A stretch of 64,000 nt of DNA, taken from Balanoglossus misakiensis. Taxonomy: Eukaryota > Animalia > Hemichordata. The position numbers and the translations under genes were made by a program. This document shows, one piece after another, positions 49,001-63,089 of the stretch (position 1 is its first letter; each line of letters opens with the position of its first letter). The notes beneath the pieces are model-generated. The model saw nothing but the letters and a program-made list of their open reading frames with translations. It searched no databases and had not been told where the DNA came from. The stretch is taken from assembly GCA_040954595.2 (NCBI GenBank), contig CM082592.2, positions 5,488,209 to 5,552,208 on the forward strand. The letters run 5' to 3'.

Positions 49001-52000
49001 AATGTTATCGCATGGTTTATGAGCAAATTTATTGTTCTACAACCCTGAACTGTTGAATGGATTATGCTAGAATTGCCACCCAACATTGAAGATCTCATTG
49101 AGGAAAATGTGACGTCAAATGTCTAATTTCACTTTCAAAAATGCATGGACTTCTCAATACATGCTATTTTATTTACAACTAATATCCATTAGTGATATTT
49201 CAACTGCTAGAGTTATCGACTCTGTTTTTGAATGATTTATTGAGGCTGATTTTTGAGTTATTCAAAAAAAAAATTGACAGCTCAATTTTGCAGGATTGCA
49301 TCGACCGCTAGTAACATTTGACGAGACTGTCACTTGTGCATTTTGTGATCAAGGTACAGTAGAATTGAAATGCCAGAATGGGAATAGCAAATGAAATGAG
49401 TGTTCACTTTAGCAGATAATGCTTGATTTGTTGTGCTTGCCGTCGCGCCGAAAGTCAGTCATTTTGTGTTCCTCATATTGTTAGGTCTAACTGTTCAGAT
49501 GGGGTCATGCGACCCCCGATAGATTTGAATAGCGAGGTTTTCATGTAGTTGGATGCATGATGATTAAGGAGTCTCTTGAAGACTGCGCATTTTAGTTAAA
49601 GTGGCTGCCTTAGTTCACGGAGGGCAGTTAACAAAATAATGTAATGGTGTCTTTCAGCAGTGATGGCAAGAGTCTTGATGGTTTGGTTAAGGCTGACGTG
49701 CAGTGCATGCGTATTTTGTCATTTCAGTTACGTACATGTATTCACTAAATCCCATTCAGTCAAAGGAGAATGTTTGACAGACACGGGGACAGACATTGCG
49801 AGATGTAACAACTGTCAGACTCGCTTCTCCAGCGTTCCGTCTCTGTTGCCCTGTATTCTGAACAGGGTTCATATACATGTGTGCATTGCCAAGTGGTTTC
49901 GTGTAACATGTGCTAAGCATTACAAGGATGCTTATTTGTAGTTTTTGCACTGGCTTTTCAGAAAAAAATGTTCAGAAAAAGTTTTAACTCTGAAGGAGAT
50001 AAACAGACCAGGATATGCGACTGTTGCCATTTATGGAAGAAGGGTCTTTGATGAAGTGAGATGATTGCTTCTGTTTGCGTTTCACTTCTCAATAATGAGA
50101 TGCGCCCCAGGTACTGTTGTTCCTCCAATGTGACGCCACAGGGCAACGCAGGACGTTTCGCCCAGGAGATATGACTGTTTCAGTGCAGGTTACATGCAAT
50201 CTCTCCTGCTCCAGGGAGGAGCCTGGAGATTGGGTAATTACACATACATGTATACATTGCACTGGGCAATGCTGAGAGCGCACTAATGAGGGCTTGCGCT
50301 GAATGCATAAAGAGGGCAGTTTACCCCTCTAAAAAAACACGCACTGTTTATCTTGTTGAAATCTGTGTTGCTTAAATGAATTACAGAACAGATCTGTCGA
50401 GAAAATCCGTCATGAATACAGATTTTCACTGTGATGAGGACGAAAAGCGCAGGTTCCAGAGTTGAAACGAATGTCGATCGGTTATTCTTCAGAATTTTAA
50501 ATGGCTGCCCGGGTGGAGATTTTATCTGGAGAATTTGCAATTATTTGTCATGGAAACCAAGAGAGCCGTTTCTCAATTCACGCTTGCTATTTATCTCAGA
50601 CCTAGCCATGGTAAAAAAAAAAATGTTCTCCCAAGGTTTTACTTTTAGACTGTGTGTGTCCGTACTTTACATGTTTGAAGACCTATACATGTATACATTT
50701 CTCACCTGGGCCAAACTACCAGTATAGCCTGGAATATTACAAGGTAATGAATGTCCGCAGTGACAACTACTGACACAAACTGTCCAGTCTGAACCCAGTT
50801 TCGAATCCATGATGAGAAATTAATTGGCACCTTGGAGCTATACCATGTACAAAGGTGCCATTGTATGTGTTCACAATAAATTGCTAATGATCTAAGACGT
50901 GGGAAGATTAATATCTCATGCCTTTGAACAGAACTAAAATTAATGTGTCTGCGTGCACATAATTAAAGTGTAATCGATAAAAGTAATTATAGTCATATCT
51001 ATTGAAATTACATGTATGTACTAATTACATGTACATTATCGGAGATCATTATTAAATGCTAGTTAAGCACATCAGCAATTGTAAACAACTTGCAAGCAAG
51101 CATACTGGTAGTACAGTATCTACATCTGAGCTAGCACGTTGCCTGCCTTCAGAGTCAGTTTCAAAGATTGTGTTGATAGGCAGATTTGATTAGTTGACTT
51201 TCACAGGGTGTTTTCTGTCAATAAATGAGACGTTAAATATTTATGATGAATTTAACCAATAAATTGATTGGCGTGAATATTGGACTATAGCTTTATGGCA
51301 GTTTTAATATTTAAAGGGACAGACGTCTGAAACTTAATGAGGAAATTCTCTTCTCTCCAAAGCGTGTTGGAGTGCCTAAGTTATTCAGCTTGTCAAATAC
51401 AGGTACAGCCTGTACAAATGTGATGTGCTGATGGATTCTTAGTGTTGATAGGTGTATTTAAGCCGTGGAATGAAATCATACGCTGTGAATACAAAGCTGT
51501 ATGCTCAGAGTGGCATGTCTGAACTCGCAGTGTAGGAGGCTGCTTTGAATGTGGCAGCCTAAAGTCCACAAATGGTTATTTATTTTAACAAGTTTTTAAC
51601 ATCAAACCTTTTGTGGCTATAGTCCAAAAGAACACGAGAAAAAATTTGCGAGTGGAATGAATGGATGTTAAGTGAAAGGGAGCGTGACGTCAGTGTGGCA
51701 CTTCAGGTGCATTGTGGGCGTAGAGAAGGGGGAGACAAGCGAGAGAAAAATAACGATTGCGAGGCAGAAACAAAGACTTAACAGAAGCAGTTTTAAAGAC
51801 AGCTAGGGGTTTCTACAAGTGAACAGAGTGGCAGAATTTCATGTTGTTTACAGCTTTGAAAAATTGTCGTCTCATCTCACCCATCGAACAGGAAATGCAT
51901 GTGCAGTTAACGTCAAAGCCATCAAATGGGAAGTACATGTGCAGTAAAACAGTCATTTAAGTTTGAGCTGGTTTGTTCTTAACAGGAAACCCCAATTTTT

Positions 52001-55000
52001 CATTTGTTTTCGTCCAACCGTGCAGTTATCAGGAAGCACTCAGTTTCTGTATTTCATCATGACAGTCCATTAACAGCAGGAAACATAAACTCCTAATTGC
52101 CATATTCATCAGACAGGAAATATTAAGACTGAGTACCATGTGTTGATGATGATAAATGCTAGTGAGTGGATAAAGAAAATTGTAAAAATAACATGATGAT
52201 TGAGCTGATAGTAATAATTTCCAGATCTGTATTGCACTGTGTGTTCAAATTCAAACAAGGTAGGAATTGCAGGTACATGATACATGTACAGTACATGTAC
52301 AGAGATATATGAAATTCACCATGGCAAATTTGATAACGGTCTGTGCACAACTCATTTCAGATTCATAGTATACTGAATAATGTAGAGTATTATGTTTGTA
52401 TCTGTGTGGAAGCATGTATCTGGGACAGCGTGTTCTGTTTTCTCAAGAGCCTCAGTTAAAGCACTGTTCAGGTGAACAAATTTCAAAAAGATGTATGTAG
52501 GCAAACTTGAGAATGTTTCCAGTCCTTAGAAAATGTGCTTCGCCGTTCTTTTTGTTAGCTTCTTCCGGCAAATCACAAACAAGTCACGTTCCGTACGACT
52601 GTAAACAAGGAAATCACGCACAGCCTTGTGGCTGCATACGGATTGTACTGAGTCAGACTTAATTTGGCTTGAGAGAAAAGTGAGCGCTTGTTTTCAATTA
52701 AATGGTGCATGTGGTTAGTTTGCAATCTTGGAAATGGCCGGATTGTAACTGAGTGAAATTGTGATCGGTTTATTTAAACAGTATCTCAAGCGATAACTGT
52801 GTTCATGCAACTAAAGTTTGTGTGTTTGTGCACCTGAGTTGATCAGGAAAGAAGTACGCTCCCAATTTTTGGAAAAACAGAATTAAAGCACAACACCGGT
52901 ATATCAGCCAGGGGAGGATTGCTGCAGTTATGCATGAAAGGGGCAAGGACAAGAACAAAAAAACAGACAAACCAATCCTCCTGTCCGAGTTTAATCAGGT
53001 TACGAGTATTTTGTTCCCTAATGAGATGACATTTATTGAATTTAAAGTGTAGCAATTAAGTTAATAAGAAAATATAATCGCTACTTATGCCGACTCGAGT
53101 ATTGGTTGCTGCATGTGGCATTCAAGAGATGAAATTGAAAGGGTTGAAATGTCAGATCCCTTAATGGCCCAATTTGTACTTTGTCAAATTTGAGGAATAG
53201 AAACTTAAGTTAACCTTTTGATTTCGAGTCTGCCTGTATCTAGCTGGTGTGTCAATCAAAATAGATTAAAATGATATCAGGGAATGTCCGGGGCTGGAAA
53301 CGTTGTCACATGTAATTTTGGAAATGTAGGCTTCAATGATGAGAAGGCAATAAGCTACCTCCCTTTCTACCAAATACCAGTCTGCTAAAGTCTGTTTTCT
53401 TTGATGTTAATTTTATGTGATAGCTGGGATTTCAGTGTAGTCTCTTGTACGTGCGCATCCCCAACTGGAACACATTCAAAGTGACAATACTGAGGTCGGT
53501 ATACCAGTACCAGTATATAGAGAGCTGTCACTCTAAGTTTTTTCAGATAGTAGAACATATATCAAACACATATCAGCATGCACCTACACACATAATGTAT
53601 ACTCTCCAACACAGAAAACAAATTAGTCTATCCCCAGCCTTAGTATGTTTTTTTCATGACGGTCCACAGGTTTCTTGTGTGGAAATTGATTGTTTCTCTT
53701 GATAGCTCAGTTTTAAGCCTTGCGGCTGCTAATGCAGAGAGTTGCCTTTGGTAACAATTTCATGGATGTTTCGGCGTGCTTTTCCCTCCAAATTCAGCCT
53801 TTATTTCATTGCACTTGTGCGCTTTGTGAGTGAGTCTTCTTCCCGCCATTCTGTCTGTATTGCAAATTGACGGCTGGGAATACAACCAGCATAGTTATTC
53901 AAGTGCTACAGCTTCACAGACAGTTGTCTAGTGTAGATTTGAATATTAAGGCATGTGCCCATCGGGCAAAGCTGAGCTGTCCAGACCGCTGATAGATTTC
54001 GTGACCGTGCAGTGTAAATTTTATGAGCATGTTTCAATAAAATCAGTACGCGGGTGTGTCAGCTCGTATTTTTTATTAACAGACTGATCCTCCGCCAGTG
54101 AGTTGAATACCCTGGCAATCTACCATGGGACAGATAATACAGAGACTTTGTACCCGAAGCAGTGATTATTTGACATTTCAGCTGGGTCTCCCATTATTCA
54201 AAGAACACAGGAGGAAGTTGCAATGTTGCCCATGGTGGTGATAAAGATGAATTTTGAATCTGATCATACGTCTGTCTGACTACAGGAAATACAGCATTTT
54301 TCACAATGTACTGTTAGATGTATCATGTTTACTGGTATACTCTGAAGGTACATATAGTGATGTACAATAGAGTTTAAGATCGAAGAATGATATTTTCTTA
54401 AAAGGAATAGTGGTCAAAAGGAAAATATCAGCTGTCACATGCTTGGGTAACCATGACATTTCGGGAAAGGATGTTGCCGTGTGTTGCCAAGAAACCACCG
54501 TCCAATCCAATCCAACCACGTGTACCTGGTGTTCATCGCACACTGCCCTTTTGAGGTGTTCGTTATTTGCAAAACGATAATCTGCCAATTTTTTCTGTGC
54601 CCGAGGATATCCGTGATTATTTACTGACATATGTTGGCTTTCCCCGAGCGCTAAGTAGTGCAAAGGCCCCGCCATTTCTTGCATGGACGGCTTTTGGTGT
54701 ATTAGCCACTTTGTATACGTGATGAAATTTAAAATTCCCACTCCGGATTGAACGGTTTTTGCATGCGATTCGCGAGTCCTTCATTAGTGTGATAGGAGTG
54801 CGATATTTGCGTCCGGATTTAATCTCACTGCTGCAGATACTGGAACTGAAGAGACTCGGCTGCAACCGTTTCTGTCTTTATTTGACTAGTAGTTTGCGTC
54901 TTAGTATTATTATCAGCTCTATTGATTTGCCGGGAAATTGAGCCTCTCATTGGTAATAGTGTCTGATTGCCAGTAAGATCATGATTTTCGATCGGTATGG

Positions 55001-58000
55001 GTAATCAACTCAAGCTTAAAAAATTGAGGTGATATTTAAGAGTAAACTGCACAGACTGAAGAAAATGTGGAAGGGGGGGGGGGGGGGTCGCTACGACACC
55101 TGTGTTGAAAAAAAGCACTACCATTACTGTTGAATCTGTACATCTGTTACACACGTTACATAAATTTATTTTCTTTAAAATCAGTAATTTTCCTCAGCTG
55201 TGCATTTATTTTATTAGATTTTCTACTTATGGGACATGTGGATAACTTAATTATTTGATCAGGATTGTAATTAGAACATAACATTTGTGCAGAAGTGATA
55301 GCTTAACATTTTATGTGTAAATTGAAAGATTGTCCATATAAGAACAGTTCTATAAAATTGAATGTCCTGCTATGTCAGTACACAATGTGATAATGTGTGT
55401 ATTTACATAAAATTTAACTCAGTCGGACCATGTGCTCAATGTGGTCAATTTTCGTGTGAATTGCAGTCACTGTGTTATGCCATTTATGGCATTAAAGATG
55501 CATATATCTAAAGAAGAGTTTTAACAGACTAAGCTAAATTGATGTGTTGTGACTCCGTTTCTCTTTGCTCATGATAAATCATAGGTTACCCATCCAACGA
55601 TCGATCCCCATGACAACTCGGTTTACTTCAGACTGACTTATTAGCAGTCAGGAGATCATTCCCTCACCGACAAAGATCTCGACTAGACTTGTTAACAAAG
55701 AGCAGAAATTAGATGTGATTTACCATTGAAAAGATGTCAGTCTTGGGCATCAGTTGTTGCAGCTGGGGAAAAAAAATGTCTGACAGATTTTCATGATGAA
55801 ATGGAGACGTGCAATCGCGAACAGTCGGACCGCACCCGCAAGCTACGTCTCTGCCAGTCGTTGTCCAATGTCGTCTTCTTGTCTTCTTTCTGACGTAATT
55901 TCATTTGTGTGATTAGATTGTGGAAGAGATCTTATGTGCGAGCCAGTCTTTTCTTCTATTTTATCTAAGTAATTAAATTGTTGCAGGGTGATTTTTTTCT
56001 TCCCTGAAAGTTCTGCTCAACCTTTAATTTAATTAATTTAATATAATGGTGGATTTCAATTGGGTTTTCCAGTTTTGAGGGTTAACGAAACAAATTCAGG
56101 GACATGCATTAACTTTTAACATTACTGATGATGAATCACATTTTGATGATTTAAAAAATATTAAGTGGATCGCAATTTGAGATAATACAGGTTGACAGGA
56201 AAAAAAAAATCAAAATGGCCGTATACGTCAGTAGATGTTTGAGATTGTGCAAAAAAAATAACCAGGAAGTATGAGTGGGTTGTTTTCGTAGTGTGATAAG
56301 TACAAGTATTTGTCATACATATCTGCATGATTGATGGTGTGACGTATATAAGCTTTACCTTGGAGGAGGTGTTTGTCTATGATACCGGATATCCAAGCAG
56401 TTGTGTGAATAGTGTCACCCACTTTGTCGTGGGTGTTTAAAGGGACAAAGTCACTCCTTTTTGTGATATCAAGAATGCATGGAATACTTGCATAAAGTCT
56501 CCCCGTGTGCAAAATTTAAGTCATATTTCATGACTTAAAAAACTGACGGAAATTTACTCCCATTGCTTGTACATGTATGTAAAGAAATAATTTTGTTAGT
56601 CATCAGTTTAGGGGTATCTTTAGTGCCATTGGCGCTATTTATCATGTTTCTTGCCAGCTTTCATTGCACTCAGGTTTATCAGTCTACCAGCAGTATACAG
56701 GCAGCAAGACAGTTAATTATCATTCAGCCGGGACTTTGAAAGAAACGAGGAGACAGGCAGGCAGCCATACAGATCAAAAATAGCACTCAGTGGCAGAATA
56801 TGACTCTGAAAGTTCTCTTTTTGTCCTGCGCGAAGTCGCGCCGGAGATTCTTGTCACACCTAGCTGGGAGAGCCATTTATAATTTAGTCTTCACTGAATG
56901 GGTGCACCCTGCTGGCTGCACGCTGGAGACATCAGCATTCTTAGAAAAGTCGGGCCACTTTTGTTCCCGAAGAATTTTCACGGTCTCCCCTGGCGTTTTC
57001 ATCAGCACTGTCTGGGTAGAAAGAAATTGCGAAGACATTAGAGGTATTACTGTGCTTTGCCGCGCTGGTGATTAGACAGGAAGAGTTGTCATGGTAACAA
57101 GTTAATCTGAGGTTGCCTCCATATTTGTCCTGATGTTTTGTACTTGAATCTGGGTTGGTGGTTTCAAATAAATCGACTGCCATCTGGTGTTATTGGGTCA
57201 GTAAATCCCACACTTCTTGTATTATCGTTTGATGACACAAATGACATGCCATTTCTATCAAAGTGTATTTTTCGCTTCTAATGACAGTCTACATTTTATT
57301 GTTGTTGGGCGTGACTGAAAACGATCAAGAGACGAGTTGTTTTCACTGTAGCCATCTGCCTTTAAGAGCACCATGGGGATTTCAGAAAAAAAAACACACC
57401 TCTAAAGTTTGTTAACTTAGGAAATGTCAAGATCGTGATTGAATCAGGAGTGTTGCCATGGTAACTGATGAGTGAAATACCTGGACCTCGTTACCACTAA
57501 GTGAGTAGTCAAGTAAGAATTTGCGTAATCAGTAAACACACGTCTGTGAAAGCTGATGCGTCAGATTAGACAAACACGATTTGATTAGCAAGGCGGCTAA
57601 AGCAACGACTTTTCTATAATATTTTATCAGTGTACTTTATATCATCATGTAGTGAAAAATTGTTGAAAACAGGCTGATAATAAAGGAAACAGGGAATTTT
57701 CTTATCTTTGTGAAATAACTGAGGTGGAAGATATAACAGGTAGCTTCAAAGAAAAAAACACATTATGAACACACACAGTTTTGAGTAGGTATTTCTCACA
57801 AACCCCTTAGGTGAAGTTACTATCTCAGTGCAATCCCTAAAAGCGGTTTGCAGATTACATTCTGCAAAATCAGCAGTGTGGTGCTAATCACCAAAGCTTT
57901 TTCACTGTAGTGATTTTTTCGTATGAATCCTGTTAGTCTATATTTTCACAAGGGATGCAGTTGCCATAGCGACTGTTGAAACCTAAAACGCAGTTGATGT

Positions 58001-60304
58001 AGCGATGGCCGAGACCCGAAGCAAATCAGATGGGTGTGTTCAGTGATCACAGTGAAAGAAAATATGATACCCCTCGATGGTGCTAGATTTCTGGCAAAGT
58101 GCGCGTTTAGGAGTCCGGTTGTTCTTGCATTGTTTTTGTCGAAATGACGTTATGCTGGTGGAGTATTTTTGCGTGTCACTGATATCTAGTCAATTCTGGC
58201 ATCCATCCATCTTTATAATAATGTGACAGTGGCATGAAGAAACGATGATATGAACTGAACGCCACGGGGCTGCTATTCTATGAGGCATTTTAAACATGGA
58301 AGCTTTGTGGGAGCCTCGGTATAAACTTGTACAATGTACAAACGTTGCTAGCTGCACAACGCTAAGGAATATAGGTTTGCCAGTGTTGGATGGTATGTTC
58401 CCATGGCAACTGCAAACACAACGATTGTAAATGGCCGTGGGTGTTCCTGTTATTGCCAATGTCAAGTTTAAGGGAACTGGACCTCCCTCATAGGTGCATA
58501 GTTCAGCTCTCTGTTAAGGAGGCAATCGAGTAGGAAAATATGAGAAAAGGTTTCAGATGGTGAATTTCGAGGTTCGTATATACTCCCTCAGCAAATACTT
58601 GCAAACGTAAGATGATGGTTATCAATCATGTGTTGTGGTGCACACAAGAGACATGATAAAATACCCCTGACGCTTAGTGCGAAATGCAACAGTGAAAATC
58701 GTTTCTCCATACACTCTGGATTTATCTCTTTACACTTGGCAAGGCCAATTCTAAAGGTTGGATGTAAGGCGATGGAAAACATCGCTTAGAAATGTGCATT
58801 CTCTTGTCGGTAAAGGTTACTGCCACCTGTGCCCGCAGTGTGTCACTCCTGGATATTTACGCTAATGGAGAGAGAGAGAGAGAAAGAAAGAAAGCACACA
58901 AGGAGGGGGGATTCTTGTGGCTTGCTGTTCATGCCCTTAGAAGAATACGCAGTCAACCAAGGCATGGAGGCTTGTCGCCAATTATCGCATATCACAGGTT
59001 TTTTTTTCTTGTAATCATTTTTCGCGGTAAAAAACACTCATCACTCCAGAACCGAGGAGGAATGATGAATGGGACCTTTCTTTCTTTCTTTCCGTGCTTG
59101 TGGGAATTGAAAGAGGGAAACGGCTGATGAAATTGTTTTGTGGATCACTTCGCGTGTAGCGCGACTTTGAATTATTGATGACGGCGATGAATATTCGATA
59201 CTCTCAGTGTTATTAGGCGGCCATGCAGTCAGTTGATAACGGTGATGTTTTTTGCGATCACACCAGCCAGTCCATGCTGAAAATGAGATATATGGCACGA
59301 TTGAATAGGAACTATTGTAGTGGAAATGGGTAATCATGGTGATGAGAGAGTAGTCATACTGTGTGTATTAATTTTATCTCTGATCATTGCCTCCGGATTA
59401 ATTGTATCTCATCCAAGCGTGCAGTTGTCATCTTTGCCTCATTGTGCATGTGTTTGCCCAGTGAATTTGGTCAGAAGAAAAAAAACTTCATTACGGTTTT
59501 TGTATATTCACCAGCTTGAGAAACAACAGGCAGACTCTCGCCTTACATAGGCATAACTTCAAACTGTTTTGAATGTCCTATGTGTTTTGAAGTATGTAGA
59601 ATGTCAAGCTGAATTTTATAGGTGTGAGATTTTCATTTGGTGCATCATTTTTTATGGAGTACCCCCCCCCCCTCCCATGGTTGGCTTCAAACTGTTGACT
59701 ATCAGTTTTCTATGGTATATGTTTGAACATACTGTAAGTTGAGCTGCTTAGCAAACAGTAAGAAATCTTCAGTGTGATCTGTTGAGGGCGCTATTCTCTA
59801 CCTTTACTATCAAAATTGAAAATTGCAAGTCTTTGAATTTATAAAAAGTGTCCTTCTCGCTGGTTCTAGCATTGGTGTAACAGCCCTCTGCCTGTTTTCT
59901 CTTGCAGAGTTGAAAGGTCAACGGATCAAGTGATAAAGCCGGTCAACCTGGACGCCCTCACCAGCTGGGTGGGACACATACCGCAGGACGTGCTCGACGA
60001 CATGCCATACGTGGCCCCCATGTTACAGAGACTGGGCTATGACCCCAGGGGCAATCCGCCCAACTACGGAACCCCGGACAAGCTCGTTGTGGACAACACG
60101 AAGCGGGCGCGGGCCAACCAGGGGCTCTTCGCGAATAGACTCGAAAAGGCCGGCGAGGAGACATACATAAAAGATTACATGGAAGACCCAGGAGCGGTGA
60201 AAAACAAACCGAACGCCCCGAACCAACCACCGCAGATACCCCAGGCGTTTAGAGACAGAAGATTGCCGCCCAGATTCAGAAGAGACGTTTTACCAAATTA
60301 CTAG
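40048..60304 (+). CDS. TPST: Protein-tyrosine sulfotransferase (about 412 aa; coding exons 40048-40889 and 59908-60304)
   Basis: TM segment [15 protein letters not shown]; motifs [66 protein letters not shown]. The phase-2 splice GGISLSK|[13 protein letters not shown] restores the known TPST motif across a 19,018-nt intron; 1239 nt in frame. AATAAA at 61785 and 61831. Confidence 0.96.
42625..42762 (+). mobile_element. Possible decayed 3' end of a CR1/L2-type LINE
   Basis: ACTTTTAAAAGACCCGCAAACACACGCATCTTTCAGAGAGCC loosely resembles the FKxxLKTHLF C-terminal signature of L2/CR1 ORF2; heavily degenerate. Confidence 0.3.
44941..44986. repeat. 23-bp perfect tandem duplication
   Basis: AATGTCAAAAATGAGTGTAGGAT occurs twice in tandem. 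Confidence 0.85.
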
Positions 60305-61880
60305 CTTCAAAATATCTTTTATAGATGTCATTTATTTATTTCATAATTGTTAAGATACTGCTTTGTTTTCCTGAGACACAGTTACGCTCTCTCATTGGAT
60401 TTGGTCGATACCATTGTACTTGGGGGAGGGGAGAGTATGGAGACACACAAAACCCCCCACATATCCTACTATGAAAAAAAAAATGCAACCAATGAAAACT
60501 CTTTATTATTCCTTAAAGGTCAATCTGTCAGGTCCAACCTTCACCCTCTGATCTTGGGGAAGCAAAACAGTACCTTATACACTTTTTTTAAGGATCAAGT
60601 GGCAGTTCTTTATACTCAAACCCCCCTTTTTTTAGATCGCACTTGCATTTCAGATCTTGCAGCAAAAGTACCTTGTAAATTCAGTAAAGGATATTCTTTA
60701 TACTGTTTTTTTTCGTAAGCCAGCTGTGGCTGTGGGGGGCAATGTGTACCTTTTCATTACACCATATCAGGTAATATGGTGGGTACGTTCACCTTTTGGC
60801 ATGACAATTGTGCATACACATAAAAATTAATGAATATTAATCAGAGACATCTTTGACTGCTGTATGTAGTATTTACATCTGTTCACGCTTTGCAACATTC
60901 TGTTCCTGGCCTTGAAGTATTAGCATTTTGATTTTTCTTACCTGTTCATTCCAGCCAATCCCAGACTGTGTTACATGATATGTATATATTGCGCAAGAAG
61001 ACGCACATGTGATGTGCCGTCTTATTGGTGGTTTTGGCAAGTTGCTGATTTGTTTATTCAATGAGTGAATTGATTTCCTTTCAGAAACTCTGAATAGGGC
61101 ATTGACAATCAGATATTTAGTCTTTGCACAGTGCAATGCGGGCCAATTTATTCCAAGGGAAGAGTATTTTGTCTAGACAAGACCTGTAAGTTGGGGTATG
61201 AATGGCGTTTATAATGCATGCAAGAGATCATTTCTGAGATGTGTATGTAAATAAAAAACTCATCGTCAGCATATCACGTGATGTAGCCCTTTTCAGTGTG
61301 TAAATTATGAAGTGTTTTAACTGTGGTCCAAACCAGGTGTTCATAGGTTTGTATGCAAATGTATGGCCCATCCATCAGTCATATTGACAGCTTAGAAATG
61401 ATCTATTGCACTACTGTAGAAAACCAGTGTGGGATGTTTTGTTTTTTTAAATTGTCCTAAAAGTCAACAGAAAGGTATGTGTTATACAGCTTTGTGTAAA
61501 TACTTGACAATTACTTCATACTGGGTAAAACTGGAAACATTTCAGAGACACTCTTTGCCATTTGTAAACGCAGAGAATTAATCCTATGTGTGAACGCCAT
61601 AAATTGTACAGCATGTGGGCAAGAATAAACCTGAGACGTCTAATCCAGTACAGGCATATCTTCCTTGCATCTGCATAAATTTGCATACCAGAACATGCAA
61701 ATATTCTGCCTAATTGAGTCCATGTGTAAGTGGATGTTAATTGTACTTTAACCAGAGAATCCATTTTGTGATTATTTTTGGAAAAATAAAGATATCATGC
61801 TTCGATACAGTTAAAGTGTTGATTTTTAAAAATAAATTTGATGTGATAACACATTAAAATTTCGAAACAGTATCCCACAA

Positions 61881-62441
61881 TACACCCAATGCGAATCTCG
61901 CGAACGCGCAAGGTTTCATGGGAAATCGCAGAGCGGAAGTGCGGAAAATGACCAGACGACGCTATGCTTTAACACGGGAGAGGCCGATTTTTGCGTGCAA
62001 ACCGTCAAAATACGAAGGGGCATATGGTTTTTAAATAAAACGACACCAAGTACTCGTTGATACTCTCACTGGTGAGTACCCCCATGTATGTTTTTAGACT
62101 GAAATACTGTATATCAGGAAGTTATCGTAGTTTTTCGTGTGCTTTAGCGGCCAGCGATCGGGTCCGCAATGTTTACATTGGCCAGTGGGCCTGATCCCCT
62201 TGCGGGAACGCTGAAATATACTTCAAGACATTTTTTTCTGAAGCGTACGTCCACGAAAATGTGAAGCCGACGTCGCACCGCGAGACTACGGGCTGCACCG
62301 TGCGTACGCGGACGGCCGGGCGCTGCTCTCTTGGCAGCCGAGGACCTGTACGTTCGCGTCGCGATAGCGTCTGGTCTTTTTTCCGCACCTCCGCGATTTC
62401 CCATGAAACCTTGCGCGTTCGCGAGATTCGCATTGGGTGTA
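61881..62441. mobile_element. About 560-bp non-autonomous DNA transposon (TA-flanked, Tc1/mariner-like) with about 80-bp TIRs
   Basis: TACACCCAATGCGAATCTCGCGAACGCGCAAGGTTTCATGGGAAATCGC (49 nt) is perfectly inverted ending at 62441, with imperfect pairing extending to about 80 nt; no transposase ORF. Confidence 0.88.
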
Positions 62442-62559
62442 ATACACGCAAGAATTAATTTCTTCATCACTTTATTTCGGTAATTCATTTCGTTGAATAG
62501 AATTGGGTCCCTTCCGAGGCGATGCACACGAACAACGGTAATAGGCCTAAGAAGGCTGT

Positions 62560-62725
62560 GTGTGATTGGTTCATTTCTTGAAGTCGTACTTCTTTGATAG
62601 ACCAATCCGTGAATACCCAGTACAGGTGCGTCATAAAAGTTTAACCAATGAGATTGTACCTCACGCTCCCACTGTGTATAACCGAGCAGTGTGATGCGCT
62701 AGCCGTGATGTTGTCGCCATTTCTA
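62560..62725. promoter_or_regulatory. Probable promoter with three CCAAT boxes and a YY1-like GCCATTT
   Basis: ATTGG at about 62565, CCAAT at about 62602 and 62645, and TCGCCATTT at about 62714, within CpG-rich sequence. Confidence 0.5.
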
Positions 62726-63089
62726 CTTGTTCAGACTGGAGTAAACTCGTAGGCCTAAGTTTGTTGGCAGTATCCTGACCCAGTGTAGTTTCCCGTAGTT
62801 GGACCGGTTCTCTTTAGCCACCGGTCGAGTCGGACATTTCCTGTGCCTCGGTACATACCAACCACTCTCGCATGTGTGTCCGGAGAACTACACCAAGTAC
62901 GTATACATAGTCAGCCACGGCATCGCCGACCATATTGCGGAATCATCGATTGCCAGCTCTTGCTTTGTCGTCATTCTGTCAGGGACTGCACCGGTAGACG
63001 CTTTTGTAGTTGGACCACCGCACAAGATATCCCGGAGGGGTCTGGAAGACTTCTGAGGAAAGGATATTGACGGAAACCCTCGAAAAAAA

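Noticed and set aside
26000-59900. Nested protein-coding gene in the large TPST introns (e.g. ORFs 44520-44864, 44695-45156, 54301-54741)
   Set aside because: No recognisable motifs, consistent splice chains or coding-like composition found by eye; small exons or ncRNAs cannot be excluded without RNA data.
62144-62605. 153-aa ORF as a possible transposase of the terminal element
   Set aside because: No DDE or HTH features, and it extends beyond the TIR; the element is non-autonomous.
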